Shown here in pieces: positions 1-9,798 of a stretch of 32,000 nucleotides of DNA (position 1 is the stretch's first letter; each line of letters starts with the position of its first letter). The position numbers were made by a program, and so were the translations under genes. This DNA is from Nitrosomonas europaea (GTDB taxonomy: Bacteria > Pseudomonadota > Gammaproteobacteria > Burkholderiales > Nitrosomonadaceae), in the NCBI RefSeq assembly GCF_900167395.1, contig NZ_FUWK01000004.1:90001-122000 (forward strand), given 5' to 3'. A model generated the notes under the pieces. It ran no database searches and was not told where the DNA came from. It saw only the letters and a list, made by a program, of their open reading frames with translations.

Positions 1-727
1 AGACAACCTGAAAAAAATTGGAAATGAATTTAATGATAAGGAAAGCGGTACATTTATTATTGCGACTACTCACACACAAGCACGATATGTACTTCCTCCT
101 GTAATCAAGCGCTTTATCGAACACTACCCGAAAATCAGGCTGTCCTTACGACAGGGAAGTCCCATAGAGATAGCCACCTGGGTTTCATCTGGTGAAGCCG
201 ATTTAGCTATAGCAACCGAAGCTATCGAATTATTCGATAAACTTGTCATGCTGCCTTGCTACGAATGGAACCGCTGCATCGTTGTTCCACCCCGACATCC
301 ATTACTCCAGCTTAAGGAGTTAACACTTGAATCCATCGCCCAATACGCTATCGTTACCTATGATTTTGCCTTTACCGGCCGCTCCAAAATCAACCAGGCA
401 TTCGAATCCAAAGGGCTGAAACCCAATGTGGTACTGACCGCACTTGATGCGGACGTAATCAAAACCTATGTAGAAATAGGTTTAGGCGTAGGCATTCTGG
501 CAAAGATGGCCTTTGATCCAGTTCGCGATAAAAAGCTACGGGCTATTGATGCCGCACATCTGTTTGAACCCAGCACTACCCGCATCGGCATCTGTCGTAA
601 CAGTTACATTCGTCACTATGTTTACGATTTTATCGAGATGTTCGCTGCTCATCTCGACATGGAAACAGTTAATAAATTACTCAAAAACCCCGAAAATCAA
701 CAGTTATCTATAGCCAACGATAAATAA
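1..727 (+). CDS. cysB: LysR-family regulator CysB, C-terminal ~240 aa (5' end lies outside the window)
   Basis: The frame of ORF 248..727 stays open back to base 2. The translation (..IATTHTQARYVLPPVIKRFIEHYPKIRLSLRQGSP..LTALDADVIKTYVEIGLGVGILAKMAFDP..) is colinear with the E. coli CysB effector domain as I remember it (ATTHTQARY, TATDADVIKTYV). It lies upstream of cysJI. Confidence 0.9.
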   Translation, partial: DNLKKIGNEFNDKESGTFIIATTHTQARYVLPPVIKRFIEHYPKIRLSLRQGSPIEIATWVSSGEADLAIATEAIELFDKLVMLPCYEWNRCIVVPPRHPLLQLKELTLESIAQYAIVTYDFAFTGRSKINQAFESKGLKPNVVLTALDADVIKTYVEIGLGVGILAKMAFDPVRDKKLRAIDAAHLFEPSTTRIGICRNSYIRHYVYDFIEMFAAHLDMETVNKLLKNPENQQLSIANDK

Positions 728-1254
728 ATCTCTCGGCATGCCTCGATTGATGATCAGATTGCTTTCTGATAGACTCCGCCCCTTAAAATTTTCGGTACAT
801 TTATCCGGAAAGTGGAGACAGCACGATATGAATAAATATTATTGCTGAATACACACTCCGCCGGACAGTCCGCAGTACCCACAGCAACAAAGCTTAATAA
901 GCGAGCACCAACGCCATTGAGGAATAAATTTTCTGATCGGGAGTTAGGATAGCTCATATCCTTATAATTTTATATTTGATTGGCATCAAAAATTTCTGTG
1001 ACTATCCTGATGTCTTTTATATAACAAAATACAATATGTAATTAATTTAATATTCTTTTGAATTATAAAAATAATTGCTATCCTTGCATACTCTTATTTA
1101 GAGAGTGATGTAACGCAAAACTAAAACAGACGCAAACGGTTTTTTTAATTGATTTGTCCATACCTACAAAATATTCAGGATATGTTAGTTACCCGCTGGC
1201 TATCCTATTTCTACGTATTTCTACGTGTGAAAAACTTCCAAAATATAGAATAAA

Positions 1255-3090
1255 ATGATGGCATCACAACTCTCGAGGGGCACACTGACTGCGGAACAGT
1301 GGCAACTTGTCGAGGCACTAGGCTCTTCGCTTACGCCAGAACATGCATACTGGATCAGCGGCTACTTTGCCGGCCTTGGATCAGCTTTGTTACGCAGCAG
1401 CGGCACAGCCTCCCAGTCGCCGGATGTATGCATTCCTCCAGTAGTAACACAAGCAGAACCCGTTGCAGCTCGTTCACTTACCATTCTTCACATCAGTGAA
1501 ACCGGTAACAGTACTGAGCTGGCAATCCGTCTGGCAGCACTGGCCGTTGAGCAAGGGCTCAGTCCAACACTCGTTGGCATAGCTGATTACAAAGTTCGCA
1601 AACTCAAAGAAGAGCAGGATCTGCTGATTATTACCTCCACTCATGGAGAAGGAGATCCACCTCAGTCCGGAATGGAATTTTTTGAATTTGTCGAGGGGCG
1701 CAAGGCTCCCTCACTATCCGGGTTGCGTTATGCCATACTCGCACTGGGCGACATGAGCTATGAACATTTTTGTGGCGCCGGTAAACGTCTCGATGAGCGT
1801 TTTGAGGCATTAGGTGCAAAACGGCTGCAACCGCGCGTCGATTGCGATGTGGATTACGAAGACCCGGCAGCCGTATGGAGTACCGGTATACTGGCATTGC
1901 TCGCCGCCGAACAGGCATCGGCCATATCATCAGTCGCATCACCATCAAAGACAACAGGCGGTACTCAGCAAGCTAACAATTCAGTTTATAGTAAACGAAA
2001 TCCTTTCCCGGCAACTGTCATCGATAATATTGTTCTCTCTGGTCGAGGCTCGACCCGGGAAACACACCATATTGAAATTTCACTTGCTGATTCCGGCCTG
2101 ACCTACGAACCGGGTGATGCATTAGGCATCGCGGCTCATAACGACCCCGCAATGGTTGAAGCACTACTGGCTGCGCTCAACATGAATCCAGACGCACCAC
2201 TCACTGTAAAGGGTCAGACAACCACTCTCTTTGATGCACTTGGCAAATCGTTCGAAATCACCACAGCAACGCTGCGTTTCCTTGATCACTGGGGAGAATT
2301 GACCGGCACGACTGATATTTTTTCCGCAATGGATAATACCAAGCGCGCAGCATTCCTTCATGATAATCATATAATTGATATCATTCGCGCTTATCCACTC
2401 AAGGGCCTTGATCCGCAGCGTTTTGTCGATGGACTGCGTCCGTTGCAGCCGCGTCTCTATTCCATAGCCTCCAGTTTGTCGATCTGTCCTGATGAGGCAC
2501 ATATCACTATTGCGCCAGTACGCTATAAGCTGCATGGGGAACCTCGCTCAGGTGTCGCCTCCGGTCATCTGGCAGATCGGGCTATAGCTGATTCCGTACT
2601 ACCGGTTTATATCCAGAGTAATCCTCATTTCCGTCTGCCATCCAACGGTGAGCCGATCATCATGATCGGTGCCGGGACCGGCGTGGCACCCTATCGTGCC
2701 TTCATGCAAGAGCGTGAAGCAAATGGTGGTGGCCGTTCATGGATGTTTTTCGGTGAACGTAATTTCCGTACCGATTTTCTTTACCAGACCGAATGGCAGG
2801 ACTGGCTGAAGAATGGTGTCTTAACAAAAATGGAAGTCGCCTTCTCACGTGACGGAGCAGAGAAGGTCTATGTACAACATCGCATCTATGAGCATGCGCA
2901 CGATGTCTATGCCTGGCTGGAAGAAGGCGCCTATATTTACTTATGTGGCGACGCTTCGCACATGGCACCCGATGTTCATAACATACTGGTCACCGTTATT
3001 GAAGAACAGGCAAGCGTTCAACGTGAGGAAGCAGAAGAATATCTTCGCGATTTGCAACGCGATGGGCGCTATCAGCGCGATGTTTATTGA
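1255..3090 (+). CDS. cysJ: Assimilatory sulfite reductase (NADPH) flavoprotein alpha subunit
   Basis: 611 aa. N-terminal WISGYFAG, flavodoxin-like TSTHGEGDPP, FAD motif RLYSIASS, NADPH motif GAGTGVAPYRAF, and a C-terminal YQRDVY as in E. coli CysJ. cysI follows after 8 nt. Confidence 0.93.
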   Translation: MMASQLSRGTLTAEQWQLVEALGSSLTPEHAYWISGYFAGLGSALLRSSGTASQSPDVCIPPVVTQAEPVAARSLTILHISETGNSTELAIRLAALAVEQGLSPTLVGIADYKVRKLKEEQDLLIITSTHGEGDPPQSGMEFFEFVEGRKAPSLSGLRYAILALGDMSYEHFCGAGKRLDERFEALGAKRLQPRVDCDVDYEDPAAVWSTGILALLAAEQASAISSVASPSKTTGGTQQANNSVYSKRNPFPATVIDNIVLSGRGSTRETHHIEISLADSGLTYEPGDALGIAAHNDPAMVEALLAALNMNPDAPLTVKGQTTTLFDALGKSFEITTATLRFLDHWGELTGTTDIFSAMDNTKRAAFLHDNHIIDIIRAYPLKGLDPQRFVDGLRPLQPRLYSIASSLSICPDEAHITIAPVRYKLHGEPRSGVASGHLADRAIADSVLPVYIQSNPHFRLPSNGEPIIMIGAGTGVAPYRAFMQEREANGGGRSWMFFGERNFRTDFLYQTEWQDWLKNGVLTKMEVAFSRDGAEKVYVQHRIYEHAHDVYAWLEEGAYIYLCGDASHMAPDVHNILVTVIEEQASVQREEAEEYLRDLQRDGRYQRDVY

Positions 3091-3098
3091 GAATATAA

Positions 3099-4820
3099 AT
3101 GGCAAATACCCTTCCCCCAACTGATCGCAGTTGCGATATATCCCAACCGCTTGAACGGCTGAGTCCGGACGAGTCACTTAAGGCTGAAAGTGATTATTTG
3201 CGTGGCACAATCGCACTTGGTCTGTTGGATCGCATTACATCCGCCGTGCCCGGCAACGATATCAAGTTGATGAAGTTTCATGGTATTTATGAACAGGACG
3301 ATCGTGAGATTCGTGATGAGCGCCGCCGCCAGAAACTGGAACCCGCTTTTCAGTTCATGATTCGTGTACGCTTGCCGGGAGGCATTTGTACGACCGAACG
3401 CTGGTTAAAGATCTCAGAACTGGCCTGCGCACATGGCAACGAAACATTGCGCATGACTACTCGACAGACTTTCCAGTTTCACTGGGTGCTCAAGCAGAAT
3501 ATCGTTCCGTTGATCCGTGGTCTTCATGAAGTATTGCTTGATACAGTAGCTGCATGCGGAGATGATTCACGTGGAGTAATGGCGACTGTCAACCCGCAAT
3601 TCCCTGCACTGCAGGCAGAACTTGCAGCACTGGCAAAAACAGTGAGTGATCACGTCATTCCCAAAACCCGGGCCTATCATGAAATCTGGTATGGCGAAGA
3701 ACGGATTGCTTCGTCCGAACCGGAAGAGCCATTCTACGGGCAAACCTATATGCCCCGTAAATTCAAAATCGGATTCGTAATCCCACCCAATAATGATATT
3801 GATATTTATGCCCAGGATCTGGGTTATATCGCCATCATTGGTGAAAACGGGAAAATAGCAGGTTTCAATGTTGCAATCGGTGGTGGAATGGGGCGTACCG
3901 ACAAGGCGCCACATACCTATCCTCGTACTGCATCAGTCATCGGTTTCATTACGCCGGACAGACTTATTTCTGTTACCGAAGCTGTCATGGGTGTTCAGCG
4001 TGACTATGGCAATCGTGCCGATCGGTCACGTGCCCGCTTTAAATACACAATCGACGATAAAGGACTGGACTGGATCAAACTTGCCATTGAAGATCGAGCC
4101 GGACCGCTCGAATCGGCACGCCCCTATGACTTTACCTCCAATGCGGATATCTACGGGTGGATTGAATCGGGTGATGGATTTCATCACTTCACACTGTTTA
4201 TCGAGAATGGCCGCTTAAACCGCGATATGCTTGATAAAATTGCACAAATTGCACATGTTCACAAAGGGCATTTTCGCCTGACTCCCAACCAGAATCTCAT
4301 GATTGCCAACGTTGCCACGGCTGACAAACCTGAGATAGAAGCATTACTAAGAGAAACAGGATTAATCGCCTTTAACGAGCGCAGTGTACTGCGTTTGAAT
4401 TCAATGGCGTGTGTTGCCCTGCCAACCTGCGGCCTGGCAATGGCCGACAGCGAACGTTATCTGCCCGATCTGATTACGAAGATCGAGGGAATCCTTACTC
4501 GGTACAACCTGCAAAATGAACCGATTACACTCAGGATGACAGGATGTCCTAATGGATGCAGTCGCCCTTTCATTGCAGAAATTGGACTCACCGGTCGCGC
4601 GCCAGGTAAATACAACCTTTACTTGGGTGGTGGCTTTCACGGCCAGCGCCTCAATCGTCTTTACCGCGAAAATATCGGTGAACCGGCAATCCTTGAAACC
4701 CTTAACGAAGTACTTGGTCGCTATGCAACAGAACGGTTGCCTGATGAGCACTTTGGTGATTTTACGATTCGCGCCGGTATTATCCGTGAGGTAACGGAAG
4801 GACGCTTCTCGAATGACTGA
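3099..4820 (+). CDS. cysI: Assimilatory sulfite reductase hemoprotein beta subunit
   Basis: 573 aa. Has the Cys clusters of the siroheme/4Fe-4S site (SMACVALPTCGLAMADSERY and TGCPNGCSRP). Length and order match cysJI. Confidence 0.93.
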   Translation: MANTLPPTDRSCDISQPLERLSPDESLKAESDYLRGTIALGLLDRITSAVPGNDIKLMKFHGIYEQDDREIRDERRRQKLEPAFQFMIRVRLPGGICTTERWLKISELACAHGNETLRMTTRQTFQFHWVLKQNIVPLIRGLHEVLLDTVAACGDDSRGVMATVNPQFPALQAELAALAKTVSDHVIPKTRAYHEIWYGEERIASSEPEEPFYGQTYMPRKFKIGFVIPPNNDIDIYAQDLGYIAIIGENGKIAGFNVAIGGGMGRTDKAPHTYPRTASVIGFITPDRLISVTEAVMGVQRDYGNRADRSRARFKYTIDDKGLDWIKLAIEDRAGPLESARPYDFTSNADIYGWIESGDGFHHFTLFIENGRLNRDMLDKIAQIAHVHKGHFRLTPNQNLMIANVATADKPEIEALLRETGLIAFNERSVLRLNSMACVALPTCGLAMADSERYLPDLITKIEGILTRYNLQNEPITLRMTGCPNGCSRPFIAEIGLTGRAPGKYNLYLGGGFHGQRLNRLYRENIGEPAILETLNEVLGRYATERLPDEHFGDFTIRAGIIREVTEGRFSND

Positions 4821-4885
4821 GGAGCTTCTGCAGAACTACTTGCCAGCGATACTCTTTCCCTGATCCTGACAGCCTCTTATCAATA

Positions 4886-4921
4886 CCTGATGATCATCCA
4901 CCAGTCGAGATGATCATCAGG
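4886..4921. terminator. Candidate bidirectional terminator hairpin between convergent cysI and the transglutaminase-like gene
   Basis: Perfect 13-bp stem: CCTGATGATCATC (4886-4898) pairs with GATGATCATCAGG (4909-4921), with a 10-nt loop. It is followed by TTATATT on the plus strand. It sits in the 112-bp gap between two convergent stop codons. Confidence 0.5.
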
Positions 4922-4932
4922 TTATATTCGGA

Positions 4933-6045
4933 TTACAGCTTTGCGCCGGTCCCCACCAGTACTGCTGAGGTAATTTTGTAGGAGAAAGATTCTGGTTCCA
5001 GACTATCCTGCAGTCGCCCGTCAATTTCTGCATAGGGGTAACCGAAGAATGGCAGCTTGCTGATGGCGGCGCTTACCTTGGTGGTACCGAGGTCAACATT
5101 CTCTCTTTCATTGAACGCCACCCAGTTCATCTCCCAGGAACCAAACAGCTTTTCCCTCAGCTGACTGATCGAATCATGGTTGTGTGATAACGATTCTGCC
5201 GCCATAACCCTGGCTACATCGGATGGATTTACCGGCACCCAACCCAACCCGGAAAGATAAAACTCTGCCTGACAATGCTGGGAAGTGCTGATGTCACCCG
5301 ACTTACCCAGATTTTTGTTCAATGCCGAATCACCGATACGGATGCCATACTGGATTCTGGCGGGGATGCCGGAAGCACGTGCCAGACCTACAAAGAGTGC
5401 ATGAATATCCCCGCATTTTCCACTGAGATTTTCCTTCCTGGAAAGCAGACTTCGAAGATCTCCACTGCCCTGCCCACGCCCATTGATATCATAGGCCACG
5501 TTATTGATTACCCAATCATAAATGGCACGCGCCTGCTGCAAAGGAGTATGTGCATTGGCCGGGCTGGTCACAGAGCGCGCCATTTTTTTCACGACATCAT
5601 CCAATGGAATATGCTTGGTGGATTGTAAATAGCGCTGTATATTCTGGGGAATTGAAATTTTGGCAGGCGCCCGGTAGGAATGCAGATCAACAGTACGGTC
5701 AGCAGTTTTGACAATACTGCTTACCCTGACCGTACGCTCCTCCCCCTTTTGCCAGAGAGCAAAAAATACCTGTGACTGAGTACCCGGCAGCATATAAAAA
5801 GCTGAAGCCGTAGCTTTTCCGCTCCAGTTATTTCCCTGAGTGAACTGATAAACGGTATCACTTGCGTCCGGCAGCGGCAGCCACAGTTTTGCGACCTTAC
5901 CCGATGCAGGCAGAGTAACCTGGTACGTTAATTGATAGCTGCGCCATTTCTGGTTTGGGGGCAAAGATGCACGCGCAACAGCCGGAAATAAAGCAGCAGC
6001 TGCAGCACTCGACCCCACCAGCTTGAAAAAACTCCTGCGTTTCAT
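4933..6045 (-). CDS. Tat-exported transglutaminase-like (Cys-His-Asp core) protein
   Basis: I placed the start at the ATG at 6045 because AGGAG lies 5 nt upstream; the ORF track starts 5 codons earlier. The N-terminus MKRRSFFKLVGSSAAAAALFPAVARA-S has a twin-arginine motif and an AxA cleavage site. The transglutaminase core is GKCGDIHALFVGLARASGIPAR .. HCQAEFYL .. WVPVNPSD. Confidence 0.75.
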   Translation of the reverse strand: MKRRSFFKLVGSSAAAAALFPAVARASLPPNQKWRSYQLTYQVTLPASGKVAKLWLPLPDASDTVYQFTQGNNWSGKATASAFYMLPGTQSQVFFALWQKGEERTVRVSSIVKTADRTVDLHSYRAPAKISIPQNIQRYLQSTKHIPLDDVVKKMARSVTSPANAHTPLQQARAIYDWVINNVAYDINGRGQGSGDLRSLLSRKENLSGKCGDIHALFVGLARASGIPARIQYGIRIGDSALNKNLGKSGDISTSQHCQAEFYLSGLGWVPVNPSDVARVMAAESLSHNHDSISQLREKLFGSWEMNWVAFNERENVDLGTTKVSAAISKLPFFGYPYAEIDGRLQDSLEPESFSYKITSAVLVGTGAKL

Positions 6046-6123
6046 ACAACTCCTCATCAATGATAGTATAGAACCCGATAAATTTATCGCTACCGGCCAA
6101 CCCGGTCAATTCTCAACAGCGCC

Positions 6124-6798
6124 ATGCCAGACAATTCATTTCAGCTTTCTGCAATCGATATTACAACCGGATCAAATCCGGAATATACCATTTTATGGAT
6201 GCACGGGCTGGGAGCCGATGGCAATGATTTCGTACCTGTTGTACAAGCGCTCGATTTACCGGAAATCCCGATCCGATTTCTATTTCCACACGCTCCCCAG
6301 CAGCCTGTCACCATCAATAGCGGATACATCATGCGAGCCTGGTACGACATCCAACATACTGATTTCGTCGAACAGGAAGATGAAACCGGGATACGCAGAT
6401 CACAGCACGCAATCGTAGAGTTGATCGAACGTGAAGATCGACGCGGCATCCCGCCGGATCACCTCATCCTGGCCGGATTCTCACAAGGTGCCGCCATGGC
6501 ACTGCATACGGGATTGCGCCATCCGGACAGGCTGGCTGGCATCATCGCCTTGTCAGGTTATCTCCCACTTGCTCATAAGATTGAACGTGAAGCACATATC
6601 ACCAACAGGATAACCCCCATATTCATGGCTCATGGCAACGATGACCCCATCGTCCCGATTGAATTGGCACATGCCTCACTGCAACAATTACGTGAATACT
6701 ACTACCCGGTAACCTGGCATGAATACCCAATGGAACATACGGTATGTGATCAGGAGCTGGTCGATATTTCCCGCTGGTTGAAAACCATCCTGAAATAA
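6124..6798 (+). CDS. Alpha/beta hydrolase, phospholipase/carboxylesterase family
   Basis: 224 aa. Contains HGLGADGNDF, the nucleophile elbow GFSQGAAMAL, and later AHGNDDPIVP and EYPMEHTV (Ser-Asp-His triad pattern). Confidence 0.8.
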   Translation: MPDNSFQLSAIDITTGSNPEYTILWMHGLGADGNDFVPVVQALDLPEIPIRFLFPHAPQQPVTINSGYIMRAWYDIQHTDFVEQEDETGIRRSQHAIVELIEREDRRGIPPDHLILAGFSQGAAMALHTGLRHPDRLAGIIALSGYLPLAHKIEREAHITNRITPIFMAHGNDDPIVPIELAHASLQQLREYYYPVTWHEYPMEHTVCDQELVDISRWLKTILK

Positions 6799-6813
6799 GA
6801 ACAGATTCAGACA

Positions 6814-7506
6814 ATGACTCATGACAATACCCACTATTCACATCGTACCGGCTGGTTACGGGCCGCAGTACTGGGCGCCAATGATGGAATCGTTTCAACC
6901 GCCAGCCTGATTATCGGGGTGGCCTCTGCTCACGCTGCTGCAGATGACATTCTCCTTGCAGGGGTGGCCGGTGTCGTTGCTGGCGCCATGTCGATGGCCG
7001 CAGGAGAGTATGTTTCCGTAAGCTCGCAATCAGATACAGAAAAAGCAGATGTCGCTCTCGAACAGTACCATCTCGATCGGGATATCGACTTCGAGCTGCA
7101 GGAGCTCACAGATATCTATATGAAAAGAGGATTGCAGCCCGAACTGGCAGCCCAAGTTGCCCGGGAGCTCATGGCTCATGATGCACTCGATGCTCATCTC
7201 AGGGACGAACTGGGTCTGCACGAGCGAGTCAACGCAAAACCCGTCCAGGCTGCCTTCACTTCTGCTGGTATGTTCATCCTCGGTGCATCGATGCCTCTCG
7301 CAGCAACCATCGCCGCACCTGCAACAACCCATATCATTCCAGTCGTGGCAATCTCCTCCCTGCTTTCGCTGACTGCTCTGGGAACATTTGCAGCCTATCT
7401 CGGAAAAGCAAATATGTTGACAGGCGCTGCGCGCGTAGCTTTCTGGGGAGCGCTCGCCATGGCATTCACCGCACTTACCGGCACCCTGTTCGGAATCATT
7501 GCCTGA
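6814..7506 (+). CDS. VIT1/CCC1-family membrane protein (putative Fe/Mn transporter)
   Basis: 230 aa. N-terminal WLRAAVLGANDGIVSTASLIIGV, a central acidic cytoplasmic helix region, and hydrophobic C-terminal helices. This is the typical VIT-family layout. Confidence 0.75.
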   Translation: MTHDNTHYSHRTGWLRAAVLGANDGIVSTASLIIGVASAHAAADDILLAGVAGVVAGAMSMAAGEYVSVSSQSDTEKADVALEQYHLDRDIDFELQELTDIYMKRGLQPELAAQVARELMAHDALDAHLRDELGLHERVNAKPVQAAFTSAGMFILGASMPLAATIAAPATTHIIPVVAISSLLSLTALGTFAAYLGKANMLTGAARVAFWGALAMAFTALTGTLFGIIA

Positions 7507-7561
7507 ACATAATTCAATAGCAGAGAACACCGACAGTTTTTATCAAGATAAGGAGCATCAT

Positions 7562-8014
7562 TTGGATCTGATTTTATGGCGTCACGCCGAAGCGGAAGAT
7601 GGCATTCCCGATGCCACCCGCAAGCTGACCGAAAAAGGTTTGAAACAGGCACAAAAAATGGCCCGCTGGCTTGAGCCCAAATTACCAAAAGATACGCGCA
7701 TCATCGTCAGTCCGGCTACACGTACACAGCAAACCGTCTCGGCACTGACCCACCATTTTGAAACCAGCGAGCAGGTAGGAACGAGCGCTACCCCGCACAG
7801 AGTACTCAATACAATTGCCTGGCCGGAAGCAGAAGGAACGGTGCTGGTAGTGGGGCACCAGCCAACTCTTGGCAAAATTGCCTCTCTCTTGCTGAAAGGA
7901 GATGAAAGTGGTTTCTCTGTACGCAAAGGTTCGATCTGGTGGTTCAGCAGCAAGCAAAAGGATGAACGGGAAAGCATCATCCTGCGCGCAGTGATGACAC
8001 CCGAGATATTGTAA
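7562..8014 (+). CDS. sixA: Phosphohistidine phosphatase SixA (histidine phosphatase superfamily)
   Basis: The RHAEAE (RHG-type) motif lies near the N-terminus, followed by VSPATRTQQT and VVGHQP. I chose the TTG at 7562 as the start because AGGAG (7551-7555) lies 6 nt upstream and this gives ~150 aa, as in E. coli SixA. The ORF-track ATG at 7499 would overlap the VIT gene and add 21 aa. Confidence 0.7.
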   Translation: MDLILWRHAEAEDGIPDATRKLTEKGLKQAQKMARWLEPKLPKDTRIIVSPATRTQQTVSALTHHFETSEQVGTSATPHRVLNTIAWPEAEGTVLVVGHQPTLGKIASLLLKGDESGFSVRKGSIWWFSSKQKDERESIILRAVMTPEIL

Positions 8015-8133
8015 AGACCGGATCATTTCTTCCAAATAACATGGAAAAACGACCACTGACACCGATCTGGTGACATTGATTCATCAGTATCCTTGTTTTT
8101 CCCGAACCAGATCAAACCCCAAATACTGCTCCC

Positions 8134-9084
8134 ATGAAAATACTGCCTTCCCTGTTTTCTCCCGCAGGTAAAAACTCAAAATTATCCATCGTCATTTACC
8201 ATCGCGTTCTGCCGGAACCGGATCTGCTGACGGGAGAAGGTGGAATCGCACAGTTCGAAAAGGGATTGAGCTATCTGACCAACAACTTCAATATCCTGCC
8301 TTTATCTGAAGCAGTCAATAAGTTACGCAGCGGCACCCTGCCCGGCCGTGCCGCCTGCATCACGTTTGATGACGGCTATGCGGACAATGCTGAAATTGCA
8401 CTTCCTATTCTGCAGAAACATGGCGTAACTGCCACATTCTTCATCGCTTCCGGCTTTCTCGATGGGGGAAGAATGTGGAACGATACCGTCATCGAATCGG
8501 TACGCCGGGCCAAAGGAGACAAACTGGATTTGAATGCAATCGGTTTGGGAAACCACGCTATCGCCACACTTGAACAAAGGCGGGAAACCCTGAATCTGCT
8601 GATCAACAAACTGAAATACCTGCCCCATGAAGCACGAGCCTCCCAAGTGGACAAACTCAGTACCATTATCGCCGCCGACCTGCCGGACAATCTCATGATG
8701 ATCTCGGCGCAAGTTCGGCAATTGCACGATGCAGGAATGGAAATAGGCGGGCATACCCTCACCCACCCGATTCTCGCCAGCATCGATGATGCCGCCGCAC
8801 GCACGGAAATAGCAGAAGGCAAGGCAAAACTCGAAGCTATTATCGATACACCCCTGCGCCTGTTTGCCTACCCGAATGGCAAACCGGGAAAAGATTACCT
8901 GTCTGCACACGTAAAAATGATCAAGGATGCCGGGTTTGAAGCGGCTGTTTCAACTGCATGGGGCGCTGCCCGACAGGATAGCGACATGTTCCAGCTACCA
9001 CGCTTCACCCCCTGGGATCAAAGCGAATGGCGCTATGTACTGCGCATGGTACGAAATATGAGACAAAGAATTCAGACTGTGTAA
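8134..9084 (+). CDS. Polysaccharide deacetylase (NodB-homology domain) family protein
   Basis: 316 aa. Contains ITFDDGYADN (NodB motif 1), GHTLTHP (His motif) and FAYPNGK. Confidence 0.8.
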   Translation: MKILPSLFSPAGKNSKLSIVIYHRVLPEPDLLTGEGGIAQFEKGLSYLTNNFNILPLSEAVNKLRSGTLPGRAACITFDDGYADNAEIALPILQKHGVTATFFIASGFLDGGRMWNDTVIESVRRAKGDKLDLNAIGLGNHAIATLEQRRETLNLLINKLKYLPHEARASQVDKLSTIIAADLPDNLMMISAQVRQLHDAGMEIGGHTLTHPILASIDDAAARTEIAEGKAKLEAIIDTPLRLFAYPNGKPGKDYLSAHVKMIKDAGFEAAVSTAWGAARQDSDMFQLPRFTPWDQSEWRYVLRMVRNMRQRIQTV

Positions 9085-9211
9085 CGTTTATCGGGTCTTC
9101 CCCACGCCCGTGGAAATACTTCTCCGATCCGATATTCGCTAAAGTCACCAGAATAGAAATTGATGGATTAATTCGGTTCAATTCAATGTCTGGATAAACA
9201 AAACTCTCGTT

Positions 9212-9796
9212 ATGATCATTCGTAATAACTCTAGTTTTTACAGAATAGATCCCTTGAAATCGCCCATAAAAGCCAATCCACTCAGAAATCCGGGTGAATC
9301 CCTGAATCACCGTCTTCAGAATATTTTCCTGGATGGTATCGTTCCGTATTTCATAGCAGCATTATGTTTTGTATTAATAGCCGCGTGGGAATGGATACGG
9401 TGGTATACACAAACATCACCAAACCCGGTTTTATTTACAGTGATGGCTATACCTTGTATCGCAACACTTCTATGGAAAATTTATAAAGGGCGCAAAGAAG
9501 TCAAGCGTATCAAGCTAGGTTTGGCCGGAGAACTTGCGGTAGGGCAATTTCTTGAACGATTAAGAGCCCAAGGAAGTCATATTTTTCACGATATACCGGG
9601 AAAAGGATTTAATCTCGACCATGTCGTCATCCACTCATCCGGTATCTATGTCATAGAAACAAAAACGCTTTCCAAGCCGGATCGTGGTGAATCAAAACTG
9701 GTTTACGATGGAAATCATATATTGAAGAATAGCACTGCGCTGGACAGGAACCCAATCACTCAAGTACGTGCAAACAGCAGGTGGCTCAGAGAATAA
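9212..9796 (+). CDS. Membrane-anchored NERD (nuclease-related, PD-(D/E)xK) domain protein, probably 3'-truncated
   Basis: Two predicted TM helices (IVPYFIAALCFVLIAAWEWI and VLFTVMAIPCIATLLWKIY) precede GELAVGQFLERL..FNLDHVVIHSSGIYVIETKT (D..ExK core). The ORF ends ..NPITQVRANSRWLRE-stop, only 2 nt before the first CRISPR repeat. Confidence 0.65.
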   Translation: MIIRNNSSFYRIDPLKSPIKANPLRNPGESLNHRLQNIFLDGIVPYFIAALCFVLIAAWEWIRWYTQTSPNPVLFTVMAIPCIATLLWKIYKGRKEVKRIKLGLAGELAVGQFLERLRAQGSHIFHDIPGKGFNLDHVVIHSSGIYVIETKTLSKPDRGESKLVYDGNHILKNSTALDRNPITQVRANSRWLRE

Positions 9797-9798
9797 CT

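Noticed and set aside
754-957. A 67-aa minus-strand ORF in the cysB-cysJ intergenic region.
   Set aside because: It has no ribosome-binding site and no recognisable motifs, and its composition looks non-coding. I kept the region only as a possible regulatory or sRNA region.
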